From IMG/VR virus record IMGVR_UViG_3300037045_000297, positions 1-33,166 of that record: a stretch of DNA of 33,166 nucleotides; one strand, given 5' to 3'. Positions 17,276-26,229 of this stretch are shown here, piece by piece (the stretch's first letter is position 1; each line of letters starts with the position of its first letter). The notes beneath the pieces are model-generated. The model was not told the DNA's origin and ran no database searches. It worked only from the letters and a program-made list of their open reading frames with translations. This DNA is from a virus. Its lineage: Duplodnaviria > Caudoviricetes. The translations under genes were made by a program, and so were the position numbers.

Positions 17276-18895
17276 TTATTTGATGGATATTGTTTTAGTT
17301 ATCAGATTTCGGGATTTTGTATTGATTGATAAGATATAATTCCCAGACTGGATATGTTTTATATCACCAGACCATTTTCCTGATTCGAGTTCGGAATCGG
17401 TAAGTTTGTACTTAGCTATACATTGACCCTTGATGTTGTATATTGATACTTTGATGTTGCTCAGATTTTTGTATCCGCTTCCAATAAAATCTATGTTAAT
17501 TTTGGTTAGGTTTTTTTTTATTGGGTTCGGGAAAACCATAATATCCCATACTGCTGTATCGGGTTCAGGTAAGATGTGATCTTCGCTACTTACTGTTGTA
17601 TCTGCGAGTTGAGCATTGCCGGCATATACGTGTATTCTACCTTGTGCAGTTTCAGGACCAGAGTCGGAAATCGGTTGAGATATAGCTACATCGCAGAATC
17701 CGTCATTATTGAAGTCCCCCGCTGCCTTTGCCCAACCAAATTTCTCTGCCACCCCCGGAGGTGCATACAAGGTTAAGTCCAGAGTATTGTTGAAATTACT
17801 GCCCCCCATCCAAACATATGCTCTGCCATCCTGACCGGCATAGAGGTAATTTGAGGATATCAGGTCTTCATAACCATCATTATTCAAGTCACCATGAACG
17901 ATTGCATATCCATCAGAACCTCCTGTGATTAATGGAGGTAACATGATATCCCATTGAGGTGTTAGGTTTTGATTACCATACCAGATTCTAACGCCACTTG
18001 AATTCATAAAACTAACAAAATCTGCTATCCCGTCTCCATTAATATCACCTAAGGGACATGCATGTTCAGTTATAACACTGTTCGTATTATAACAAATAAC
18101 CAAACTATCAACTATTGGAAAAGAATTACTTCCGTAATAAACACTTAGTCTTTTCTGAGAATTATCATATTCAATTAGGGGATTTATAATATGGTAATCA
18201 TCAACACCATCGCTATTTACGTCTCCAATGCCATTGATAGAACAAACTACACCAGCCCCTACAGGATTATATAAATTGCTAATACTACCGCTATATCCGT
18301 CAATTACCCGTATGGTGCTGATATTGTTTGATATTTTTACTGTTATACCTAATTCAGTAAAACCATCACTATTAATATCTCCAAGTGGATATACTTTCAT
18401 TAATCCCAAATATTGGCTACTTGGAAAAGAATATTGTCTGTCAGGAGTTGGACTAGGTTGCTGTCTTCCATAGAAAATTAGGATTTTATATAGCTGGTCT
18501 TCAGAGCCCCAGTAGACTAAGTCTTCTACACCATCTCCATTCACATCTCCTGCATTGAATATCTTACCGAGTCCAAATTGCCGTTGATATGTCCCGAGAA
18601 TAGTTGCACATATTGAGTTATCAAAGTTAGGCCTACCCCAATAGAAATTAATCCTGCCAAACATTCCATTAGTAAAATCTAAAGTTCCGTTGGGATTCCA
18701 ATTCTTTTCCAATGCAACTAAATCTTTAATACCATCTCCATTGAAATCCAAACTGGCAAGTGACCAACCCAAACCACACCCATTGAAACTACCAGTCATG
18801 GTTGTGAGAACATTCATGTGATTTTGTGCTGATAAAAACGAAATACTAATAGATAATGTCAGTAGTAATACGTACCGTAGCAGTACTTTTCTCAT
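17276..18895 (-). CDS. Secreted FG-GAP (integrin-alpha-like) beta-propeller protein with T9SS-type C-terminal domain
   Basis: Signal peptide; seven D-x-N-x-D-G-x-x-D/E Ca-binding repeats (DFNGDGIKD, DVNGDGVED, DINSDGFTE, DVNSDGVDD, DINGDGIAD, DLNNDGYED, DFNNDGFCD); VFPNP...IYNIKGQ...SGNY tail. Confidence 0.9.
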   Translation of the reverse strand: MRKVLLRYVLLLTLSISISFLSAQNHMNVLTTMTGSFNGCGLGWSLASLDFNGDGIKDLVALEKNWNPNGTLDFTNGMFGRINFYWGRPNFDNSICATILGTYQRQFGLGKIFNAGDVNGDGVEDLVYWGSEDQLYKILIFYGRQQPSPTPDRQYSFPSSQYLGLMKVYPLGDINSDGFTELGITVKISNNISTIRVIDGYSGSISNLYNPVGAGVVCSINGIGDVNSDGVDDYHIINPLIEYDNSQKRLSVYYGSNSFPIVDSLVICYNTNSVITEHACPLGDINGDGIADFVSFMNSSGVRIWYGNQNLTPQWDIMLPPLITGGSDGYAIVHGDLNNDGYEDLISSNYLYAGQDGRAYVWMGGSNFNNTLDLTLYAPPGVAEKFGWAKAAGDFNNDGFCDVAISQPISDSGPETAQGRIHVYAGNAQLADTTVSSEDHILPEPDTAVWDIMVFPNPIKKNLTKINIDFIGSGYKNLSNIKVSIYNIKGQCIAKYKLTDSELESGKWSGDIKHIQSGNYILSINTKSRNLITKTISIK

Positions 18896-18999
18896 AACAC
18901 CTCCTTAGAAATATATTTATATACATATATCTCTAACCTATCAAAAACCCTACATAATGAGAAAATCTACAATTCCTATAAATATTACACAAAAGAACC

Positions 19000-19005
19000 T
19001 GTCAA
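19000..19005 (-). promoter_or_regulatory. -35 box of putative cargo promoter
   Basis: TTGACA on the minus strand about 105 bp upstream of the FG-GAP gene, followed by AT-rich sequence. Confidence 0.45.
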
Positions 19006-19017
19006 GATATTTTTTGT

Positions 19018-19036
19018 GGCATCCTTAGGCATCCTT
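19018..19036 (+). promoter_or_regulatory. Tandem GGCATCCTT repeat, candidate late-activator site
   Basis: Two exact 9-mers with 10-bp period, about 60 bp upstream of the endolysin start. Confidence 0.4.
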
Positions 19037-19094
19037 TTTTGTCAGCATACGAGAACGTGTTTTCATTGCTCCAGATTAATATTATGGAGTTTAC

Positions 19095-19517
19095 ATGGAA
19101 CCAAGCCTTTTGCAGAAAATCAAAAAACAACTACTCAGACATGAGGGTCTGAAGATTAAGCCATATCGATGCTCTGCAGGCAAACTGACCATCGGAGTGG
19201 GACGTAACCTGGAGGATAGAGGGATAACTCAGAAGGAAGCCTTTATCCTGCTTGAGAACGATATTCAACGCTGTGAGAGTGAACTCTTGGCTGAAATTCC
19301 AGAGATTTACTCCAGACTGAATGAGAGCCGTAAGTCAGTTCTGCTCAATATGTGCTTCAACTTAGGTATTACTGGTTTGTTAGGCTTCAAGAACACCCTG
19401 GCTTTTATTGGTGCCGGTGACTTCGAGAGAGCCGCTAATGGGATGCTGGCTTCTCGTTGGGCTAAGCAGGTTGGGCGCAGAGCGATTGAACTCTCAGAAC
19501 TGATGAGGAAAGGTTAA
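19095..19517 (+). CDS. Endolysin, GH24 / T4-like lysozyme
   Basis: HEGLKIKPYRCSAGKLTIGVGRNL, NMCFNLG, SRWAKQVGRRA. Confidence 0.93.
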   Translation: MEPSLLQKIKKQLLRHEGLKIKPYRCSAGKLTIGVGRNLEDRGITQKEAFILLENDIQRCESELLAEIPEIYSRLNESRKSVLLNMCFNLGITGLLGFKNTLAFIGAGDFERAANGMLASRWAKQVGRRAIELSELMRKG

Positions 19518-19978
19518 TGCCGGTTGCTTTACCGGTTGAATTGTCTGAAGTCCTGATCTTCTTGAATCTGCCATCAGAGATGGAAAGCAACTCCGTCTTT
19601 AAACTTCACCGACCTCTAGTCTTGGAAACCATCAGATCTGTTGTCTTGGATAACTTTTACCAGTCGGCCTTTGATCCGAGAGTGGGAGAAGAAGATCCTC
19701 TGTATATTGCCTTCCAGTCTGCTTATTGCTTTTACATGCTGCATTCGACCTGCGAGTTCCTCAATTTAAAGACTTTGGGCGAGGGTATCGTCAAGACCGT
19801 AGGATTAGACCAATCAGCTACAGAACTGCTCACAGGTGCGGAAATCGATGCCTTTAAGTCCAAACTTGAGCTGAGAGCGCTGATTGTCCTGTCTGCCTAC
19901 CTGAACGATGCCGGAAAAGAAAGATTGAGCATTATTGTGCCCAGACCACCCCGGGTAATCAGAGTTGGAGTCATCTAA
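19517..19978 (+). CDS. Putative head-tail adaptor / hypothetical virion protein
   Basis: Coupled in the late operon; helical, size and position consistent with a head-completion protein; no clear motif. Confidence 0.45.
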   Translation: MPVALPVELSEVLIFLNLPSEMESNSVFKLHRPLVLETIRSVVLDNFYQSAFDPRVGEEDPLYIAFQSAYCFYMLHSTCEFLNLKTLGEGIVKTVGLDQSATELLTGAEIDAFKSKLELRALIVLSAYLNDAGKERLSIIVPRPPRVIRVGVI

Positions 19979-20469
19979 TGGCTGGCCGAGTGTTTGAATC
20001 ACCGGATGAGCTGATGGCCGAGATCTATCGGGCTATCTATACTGCCTTGGAGAGCAGATTGCATTTGATTGGGTCTGTGATCGATGCCGATGCCCGTAAA
20101 GAGATTTTAGCTCAGAACATCTATGACAGGGGCGATTTCTACCGAAATACAGGTTACTTAGTCGAGACCCAGCCTTCCGGCATGACTCTCAGGGTCGGTT
20201 CCAATGTCAAACATGAGCCTTTCGTTTTGGGCGGTAAGGTGCCTTCCTGGACTCCCATTGCTCCGCTGATCGCTTGGGTTGAACGCAAGCACCTATCTTG
20301 GACAGACAAGGAGACAGGCAAGCAGCTGACCATCGCTGAGATCGCATATCTCATTCGGGGCAAGATCAAACGGGAAGGCATCGCTGCCCGTAATGTCTTT
20401 GCTGAGGTGATCACCAATCGGGAGCAGTGGATATATGAACAGTTGAACTCCATCGAGGTCAGGTTATGA
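19978..20469 (+). CDS. HK97 gp10 / Mu gpG-like neck (tail completion) protein
   Basis: DRGDFYRN...LRVGSNVKHEPFV..G..P.W.PIAPLIAWVERK...IKREGI pattern. Confidence 0.65.
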   Translation: MAGRVFESPDELMAEIYRAIYTALESRLHLIGSVIDADARKEILAQNIYDRGDFYRNTGYLVETQPSGMTLRVGSNVKHEPFVLGGKVPSWTPIAPLIAWVERKHLSWTDKETGKQLTIAEIAYLIRGKIKREGIAARNVFAEVITNREQWIYEQLNSIEVRL

Positions 20470-20867
20470 CCAACCTGGAGCGTTTTCTGGCGCAAAGGGA
20501 CAAGATAGTCCAGTCCCTGCAGCCCTGTAATATTCCGACCATCATGTTTAACAAGGACAGCATACCCAAGAACCTGCCCTGCGCCATTGTGATCCTGGAT
20601 ACAGAGGATGGCATCAAAGCCACCGTTCGTCAGTTTACCTCCACCGATATCGCTTGGACCGTCTATCTGATCGTCAATGCTCAGAATGCTGATGATCCTG
20701 ACTTAGACCTGTATAAAACTAAAGAGCAGTTCAGAGATAACTTACTCAAGTATGCCAATAGAGATATACCCCACATTGAGTATTATACATCCAGGATAGA
20801 CGGCACCCGGACAGTCAGGATAGCCAAAATAGATCTGCTGAAAAGCGGTTCGGGAGCGGCATCATGA
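20466..20867 (+). CDS. Putative tail terminator
   Basis: Size, position after the gp10-like gene, and LPCAIVI...WTVYLIV strand pattern. Confidence 0.5.
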   Translation: MTNLERFLAQRDKIVQSLQPCNIPTIMFNKDSIPKNLPCAIVILDTEDGIKATVRQFTSTDIAWTVYLIVNAQNADDPDLDLYKTKEQFRDNLLKYANRDIPHIEYYTSRIDGTRTVRIAKIDLLKSGSGAAS

Positions 20868-22063
20868 AGATAATGCGCCTGGGTAACCACAACGTAGGCA
20901 TCAGTAGTGCAACTGAACTATTGGAGAGCAAATACAAGCCTGAAGCGGTTGACTTAGTTGTTATGAAGAGAGTCGGTAAACGCATTGTCTCTAAAGAAGC
21001 TGAGTCTAAGAAAGTTGTCTCCCAACCCTACTCTATGAGCAAGCTGTTGGCTCTCCTGGATACCGATGAGTACCATTCCGGCTGTGTGGATGCCATTACC
21101 ATGGCAACTGTCATGCAATTTGAGTGCAAGAACTCAAATGTCACCAAGTGGATGGAAACAGCCGAGTTTCCTGCCTGCGAAGACCAGACCACCATTTTGG
21201 GCGAACTGATCAGATTCTACATCGCCTGTGGCAATGGTTTCCTGATCAAGATGCGTAATGCCCAGGGACAGTGGATGGGTCTGGAACGCATGCTGCCCAC
21301 CGAAGTGCAGATCGTGGAGAACTATGACGAGTTCGGGTTCTTCCGTCCCAACTTTATCCAGACCAAGAATAACCAAAAACAGGACTTCGCTTATGCTGAT
21401 ATCATCCACATCAAGAAGAGCACTCATAAGTCCAATGCCTGGGGGTTGTCCTGCCTGCCCATAGCCATTAATGTTGAGATCCTTTCTGAGATCAAGACCT
21501 TCGACTATAACAACTTCCTGAACGGTCTAATGATCGACTATTTCGTGATCGTTGAGGGAGGGACCCTTAGAGATGGCACTGTTATGGATGAGCAGGGCAA
21601 TGAAGTACTGACCGATGCTTATAAAGAGATTGAGAAAGCCCTGACTGAGGTTAAAGGCAATGCCAAGTCTCACTCTACGGTTTTGATTGAAAGCGAAAGC
21701 AAGGATGTCCGCATCCGGCTGGAACCTCTGCGCCAGCAGGACAGAGAAGGTGGTTTTCTGAGTCTTAAGAAAGACCTCAGAGAAGGCATATTCGCTTATC
21801 ATAGAGTTCCTGCCCGAGTGGTGTCCCAACTTATACCCGGTCAGTTGGGTGGTGATAACAAGAGCGATATGCTGATGTTCTATCACTTTGTAATCAAACC
21901 CCTGCAGGAACGCCTTGCTCTTACCTTAGCCATCGAGTTCAGTTATGAGTTCAACTGGAATGTAACTCCGGGTGACTTCAACTTTGGTAACCTGACAGAA
22001 GCTCTGCAGTCTGCCGATGAGCAGCTCTTTATGCAGAACCGTAATTTTCCCAATAACCAATAA
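20864..22063 (+). CDS. Portal protein (PBSX/HK97-like family)
   Basis: CGNGFL, IIHIK, WGLS, YNNFLNG, IFAYHRVPARVV, FYHFVIKPLQ motifs. Confidence 0.88.
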   Translation: MKIMRLGNHNVGISSATELLESKYKPEAVDLVVMKRVGKRIVSKEAESKKVVSQPYSMSKLLALLDTDEYHSGCVDAITMATVMQFECKNSNVTKWMETAEFPACEDQTTILGELIRFYIACGNGFLIKMRNAQGQWMGLERMLPTEVQIVENYDEFGFFRPNFIQTKNNQKQDFAYADIIHIKKSTHKSNAWGLSCLPIAINVEILSEIKTFDYNNFLNGLMIDYFVIVEGGTLRDGTVMDEQGNEVLTDAYKEIEKALTEVKGNAKSHSTVLIESESKDVRIRLEPLRQQDREGGFLSLKKDLREGIFAYHRVPARVVSQLIPGQLGGDNKSDMLMFYHFVIKPLQERLALTLAIEFSYEFNWNVTPGDFNFGNLTEALQSADEQLFMQNRNFPNNQ

Positions 22064-22081
22064 CCATACACAGGAGGTAAA

Positions 22082-23830
22082 GTGTACCCATTTAGTAAAA
22101 ACCGAAAGCTCGTCCAGAAGGGCGAACTGCGTAACGTGGAGGTGGAACTGGTCTCCCTGCTGTTTGATGAGATGACCCCTGCCAATCAGAAAGGTTTTGT
22201 CATCAAATCAGCCCAGGGCAAGAGCTATGAGCCCAAGACCCACTCCATCAAATTCAAAAGTGAAAAGACCGGTACCCAGGGTCGGCTGTATGTCACGCTC
22301 ATGGAACCGGATGTCAAAGACAGCCAAGGTGACTTCTACTCGAAAGAGGAAATCCAGAAAGCCTGCGACCACTTCGCCAAGCATGGTCTGGTCGGCAAGA
22401 ACGACATCAATCACAACCTCAGCCCAGTACCTGAGTTTACTGTAGTGGAGAACTACATCCTCAAGACTGCCGATAAGGAGCATTTCCCCGATACCGATAC
22501 CGGTGCCTGGGTGCAGGTGCTCAAGTGCGAAGATCTGAGCTCTGAACTCTGGCAGAAGGTCGAGAAAGGTCAGTTCCATGGTGTGTCCATCTATGGCAAA
22601 GCTGACGATTACGGCGATACCAAGGCAGTCCTGGATGAGATCAAGGGAGAGCTCAATACTCTCAAGCAGGTCGCTGAACAGCATAACAACACCGAACTGC
22701 AGAAAGGCATCTCTGCTATCTCCAACCGTATCTCTGAACTTGAGAAAGGCAGTGGGTCGGGTAATATCATGGTTTCAGATGCCATCCGCAGCATCGAAAA
22801 GAGCCTTAAAGACCTCTCGGTCACCATGAGCAAAGCCATCTCCAAGTCCATCAAAGGCGAACCGGATGAGAACCAAGCTATCCTGGACAAAGAAGTCCTG
22901 ATCGATGGTAACAAGGTGATCGTCAAGGCAAGTCACCGGGAGATCTACAAAGGCATTGCTGATGTTGATTCCGGCAAGGCCATGAACATCCTGACTGCTA
23001 ATACTACTTCACTGTTTATCGATGAAGTGGTGGGCAGTCAACCGGGTGATACCCTCTCCGATATCTCGGTCATACCCCTGCTCAAAGACGAGAAGATCGA
23101 TGTCGGACTGATCAACGACCTGGTGTTCAAGAACTCACTTGATGGCGCTCTGACCGCTCAGAACGTTGGCACAGCCGATCTGTCCGTACCCACCGGTATC
23201 CTGAATGCCGAGTTTACCTTGGGCAGGGATGTGGTCGAGTTCTATAAGGACAAGTATGGTGAGCAAGCCTTTGGTGCTTATGTGGAACAGCATATCGCCA
23301 AGAAGACCGAGAAAGCGATGCGCCTGCTCCTGTTCAAAGGTGACAGAGCCTCCGGTACAGATAAGCTGAAAGCTCTGGATGGTGTGATCAAGTTGGCTAC
23401 TGCTGGCTCTGATATTACCAACCTCTCCAAGACCACTTATCCCAAGTGGGTTGACCGCTTTGAAGCCGCTCTGCTTGCTTTCAGTGATGAGCTGTTGGAA
23501 GAGCAGGAGAACTTTAAGTTCTATGTCTCCCAGAAAGACCTGATTCGGATCAGAGCTGAACTGGCAGATAGGGAAACCAATGCCGGGGATCGTCTGCTCT
23601 TGGAAGGCGGCAACGTCTCCTTTGCCGGTATCCCAGTTAAATCCAGACTCATGCCGGATGACTATATCATCGGTGGTCTGCCTAAGTTCATCATCATCGG
23701 CTACCGTACCGATGCCGAACTCAAAGTGGAACATCATGGCGCAGACTGGAAGTACCACTGGTATATTCGTATCCGTCCCGGCATTACCTATATCCCCAGC
23801 TTCATCGAAGTGTTCAAGTTAACCACCTAA
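22082..23830 (+). CDS. Fused XkdF-like prohead protease, coiled-coil scaffold and major capsid protein
   Basis: PDVKDSQGDFYSKEEIQKAC..DINH..VVENYI..LWQKVEKGQFHGVSIYG protease motifs; coiled coil; HK97-fold-like C-terminal half (LLFKGD...ALDGVIKLA, FAGIPV). GTG start with GGAGGT RBS. Confidence 0.85.
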   Translation: MYPFSKNRKLVQKGELRNVEVELVSLLFDEMTPANQKGFVIKSAQGKSYEPKTHSIKFKSEKTGTQGRLYVTLMEPDVKDSQGDFYSKEEIQKACDHFAKHGLVGKNDINHNLSPVPEFTVVENYILKTADKEHFPDTDTGAWVQVLKCEDLSSELWQKVEKGQFHGVSIYGKADDYGDTKAVLDEIKGELNTLKQVAEQHNNTELQKGISAISNRISELEKGSGSGNIMVSDAIRSIEKSLKDLSVTMSKAISKSIKGEPDENQAILDKEVLIDGNKVIVKASHREIYKGIADVDSGKAMNILTANTTSLFIDEVVGSQPGDTLSDISVIPLLKDEKIDVGLINDLVFKNSLDGALTAQNVGTADLSVPTGILNAEFTLGRDVVEFYKDKYGEQAFGAYVEQHIAKKTEKAMRLLLFKGDRASGTDKLKALDGVIKLATAGSDITNLSKTTYPKWVDRFEAALLAFSDELLEEQENFKFYVSQKDLIRIRAELADRETNAGDRLLLEGGNVSFAGIPVKSRLMPDDYIIGGLPKFIIIGYRTDAELKVEHHGADWKYHWYIRIRPGITYIPSFIEVFKLTT

Positions 23831-23863
23831 CCATAACAACCAATAAGTAGATAAGGAGTATCT

Positions 23864-24214
23864 ATGGACTTTATCATTAACAACCAGGAGTTCATCCTGG
23901 GACTGATTGCCACCCTCATTGTCTGGCTGATAGCCTGGATAACCGGCAAAACCTTGGATAAGACCAAAATCAATGCCGCCTTAGCCATGATCTTGGAGAT
24001 CATCCAGGACATCAAGACCAATCCCAACACTAAGATGTTGGACGACTATGCCAAGAAACAGCTGGCTGTGGAAAGGGTATCCAAGTCCCTACCTGCCAAA
24101 CAGACCAACCTGGTGCTGAAGTTTTTCGGCACTATCGGTGGCGCAGTGGAGTTCGTGTTCCATAACCGCAAGTGGCTGTTCTCTCTCGGAAAAGCGATTA
24201 AGGGAGTATTCTAA
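23864..24214 (+). CDS. Holin-like membrane protein
   Basis: N-terminal transmembrane helix FILGLIATLIVWLIAWI, basic C-terminal part; AAGGAG RBS. Confidence 0.55.
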   Translation: MDFIINNQEFILGLIATLIVWLIAWITGKTLDKTKINAALAMILEIIQDIKTNPNTKMLDDYAKKQLAVERVSKSLPAKQTNLVLKFFGTIGGAVEFVFHNRKWLFSLGKAIKGVF

Positions 24215-24759
24215 TGCCTCCTTCTCCAATCACAACACCCACCTATCCTACCGGCACCACTCAGAGTGATCTGCTGTTTTCCGCTTTGATGGAAGGTATG
24301 GTGGCAGATAAGATCTACTTCGGCTTCGGTACATATACCGATGCCGATGTGGATACTATCTATGCCAATAAAGCTGCAGCCGAATCTGAACTGCTCACCA
24401 ACTTCGATTCCTTGGGCGAGTTGGCAGAGAAACCGGGTAAAGCCGATTCCAAGCTGACTAAGCTCAAGACCCGTAACTACACCATACCAGGCAAAAGAAC
24501 CAGTACGGTGGAACTGTCCATAGTCGGCATGTCAGCCAAGCAGAAGAACTATCTGGAAAGTCGTTCTTTCTCGGGTAAGGACATGACCATCGTGATCGTC
24601 TCCACTGAAGTGGATCGCATCATCATCTTCAATGGCATGCGTTGGACAGTCGAATGGTCGGGAGAAGCTGACGGTCTGTTCTCTGTGGTTATCTCCACTG
24701 AGTTCGCAGGCACTACTGCCGGTAAGGTCTATCTCAAGAAGGATATCCCCGTCACCTGA
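24214..24759 (+). CDS. Probable major tail tube protein
   Basis: 181 aa, beta-rich, located between capsid and tail chaperone; LGEL...TIPGKRTSTVELSI pattern. Confidence 0.65.
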   Translation: MPPSPITTPTYPTGTTQSDLLFSALMEGMVADKIYFGFGTYTDADVDTIYANKAAAESELLTNFDSLGELAEKPGKADSKLTKLKTRNYTIPGKRTSTVELSIVGMSAKQKNYLESRSFSGKDMTIVIVSTEVDRIIIFNGMRWTVEWSGEADGLFSVVISTEFAGTTAGKVYLKKDIPVT

Positions 24760-24760
24760 T

Positions 24761-25000
24761 ATGCCTCCCAGAAAGAAAGTAACACCTGAACCTCAACTGC
24801 TGCCTGAGTGCCAGTGCAAGCCGGAGATCAAAGACAAGGTCGACAGCCTGCATGAGGAGATCTATGGCAATGGAAACAGCAATAACTCACTGGTCACCCG
24901 CATGGCGAGAGTGGAGACGAACATGAAGCTACTTCTGGGCGTCTCCATCTCCCAATTCTTTATGCTGATCGGGGTGGCTATCAAGATGTTCTTTGATTGA
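24761..25000 (+). CDS. Small coiled-coil protein with C-terminal transmembrane helix (XhlA/holin-like)
   Basis: Likely start ATG 24761, right after the tube stop; EIYGNG..SLVTRMARVETNMK followed by a hydrophobic tail. The ORF track's longer start overlaps the tube gene. Confidence 0.55.
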   Translation: MPPRKKVTPEPQLLPECQCKPEIKDKVDSLHEEIYGNGNSNNSLVTRMARVETNMKLLLGVSISQFFMLIGVAIKMFFD

Positions 25001-25016
25001 AATGAAAGGATTAACT

Positions 25017-25367
25017 ATGCAAGAACCAAAACTGACATATAACCAGCTCAGGCAGATCCTGTGCCTGACCATCTCCAACGGTACCCTGAAAGCCAAGTTG
25101 GAAGACTTCCTCTCCGGCAAGCTGACCAAGGTCTCGGAAGTTGAGCTGTTAGAAATCATCTCCACCTCGGAAGCCGATAAAGACCTGATTCGCATCCTCT
25201 CCGGACAAGATGCTGATGATCTGGATGCTGTAACCGCCTTGGAGTATATCTCCTCTTTTTTCGCCTATATCAGAGCCAACAGTCAGAGGTGCAAAAGTTG
25301 GCTCGGGAGTTTAGGATTGGCGGTGACAGGAAAGGCACCCGTTACCCCTATGAGAAGTTCGAAATGA
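25017..25367 (+). CDS. Tail assembly chaperone (gpG-like, short form)
   Basis: AAGGA RBS before ATG 25017; contains the in-frame slippery heptamer T TTT TTC at 25256-25262. Confidence 0.7.
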   Translation: MQEPKLTYNQLRQILCLTISNGTLKAKLEDFLSGKLTKVSEVELLEIISTSEADKDLIRILSGQDADDLDAVTALEYISSFFAYIRANSQRCKSWLGSLGLAVTGKAPVTPMRSSK

Positions 25368-25468
25368 TCATGCGCAAATTAGGCTTCACTAATGACGACT
25401 TCAACAGCCTGACTCTGCCGGAGTTGTATCTGCGCCTTTGCATGAGTGATCCCAAAGGAGATATCTGA
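25017..25468 (+). CDS. Tail assembly chaperone, -1 frameshifted long form (gpGT-like)
   Basis: The -1 frame is open from the slip site to TGA 25466-25468 (RLYQSQQ...KFEMIMRKLGFTNDDFNSLTLPELYLRL...), and this stop overlaps the next ATG. Confidence 0.72.
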
Positions 25469-26229
25469 TGGATGCTTTAATCGGCTGGATCGGTGGTAAA
25501 CGTCTGCTTAGAAAGACCATCTCCCAGTATGTACCGGATGACATAACAGGCTATATCGAACCCTTCGGTGGTGCTGCCTGGATGCTCCTGCTAAAGGATA
25601 GATGGGCTGATCTGGAAGTGTATAATGACTTAGACTACAGATTAGTGAATCTCTTCCTGCAGGTCAAGTACCACCCTGATGAACTGATTCGGGAACTGGA
25701 CTATATGGTTGCCAGCCGCAAGCTGTTTGGCGAGATCATGAAACAGGAAGGTCTGACCGAGATACAGCGGGCTGCCAGGTTCATGTTCCTGATCACCAGA
25801 AGTTATGGCTCAAAGGGCGACAGCTTCGGCACATCTCAGAAACGTGGCACTTCCAGTATGTATAATCGTCTTGATCGCATCAAAGAGCTGCACAAACGTC
25901 TGGATATGGTGATCATTGAGAACCTGTCCTATGAGAAGGTTATAGATAAGTATGATACCAAGTCCAACTTCTTTTACTGCGACCCTCCCTATATGGTTGG
26001 CTATACCTATGAGAACTCCAAGCAGTTCAGTCATGATGACCTGCATAAAAAGCTCAAGAACATCAAAGGTCGATTTATTCTGAGCTATGACGATAATCCT
26101 GATGTCTTGAAGATATATAAAGGCTACCACATTAAGCACGTAACCAGAACCAAGGGTATCAACCGCAAAGAAGGTAAATCGGAATATAATGAAGTGATCA
26201 TTGCTAACTTCCCTTTGGAGGTTAGATGA
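25468..26229 (+). CDS. Dam/D12-family DNA adenine methyltransferase 1
   Basis: WIGGKRLL, YIEPFGGAAW, VYNDLD, FFYCDPPY. Confidence 0.93.
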   Translation: MDALIGWIGGKRLLRKTISQYVPDDITGYIEPFGGAAWMLLLKDRWADLEVYNDLDYRLVNLFLQVKYHPDELIRELDYMVASRKLFGEIMKQEGLTEIQRAARFMFLITRSYGSKGDSFGTSQKRGTSSMYNRLDRIKELHKRLDMVIIENLSYEKVIDKYDTKSNFFYCDPPYMVGYTYENSKQFSHDDLHKKLKNIKGRFILSYDDNPDVLKIYKGYHIKHVTRTKGINRKEGKSEYNEVIIANFPLEVR

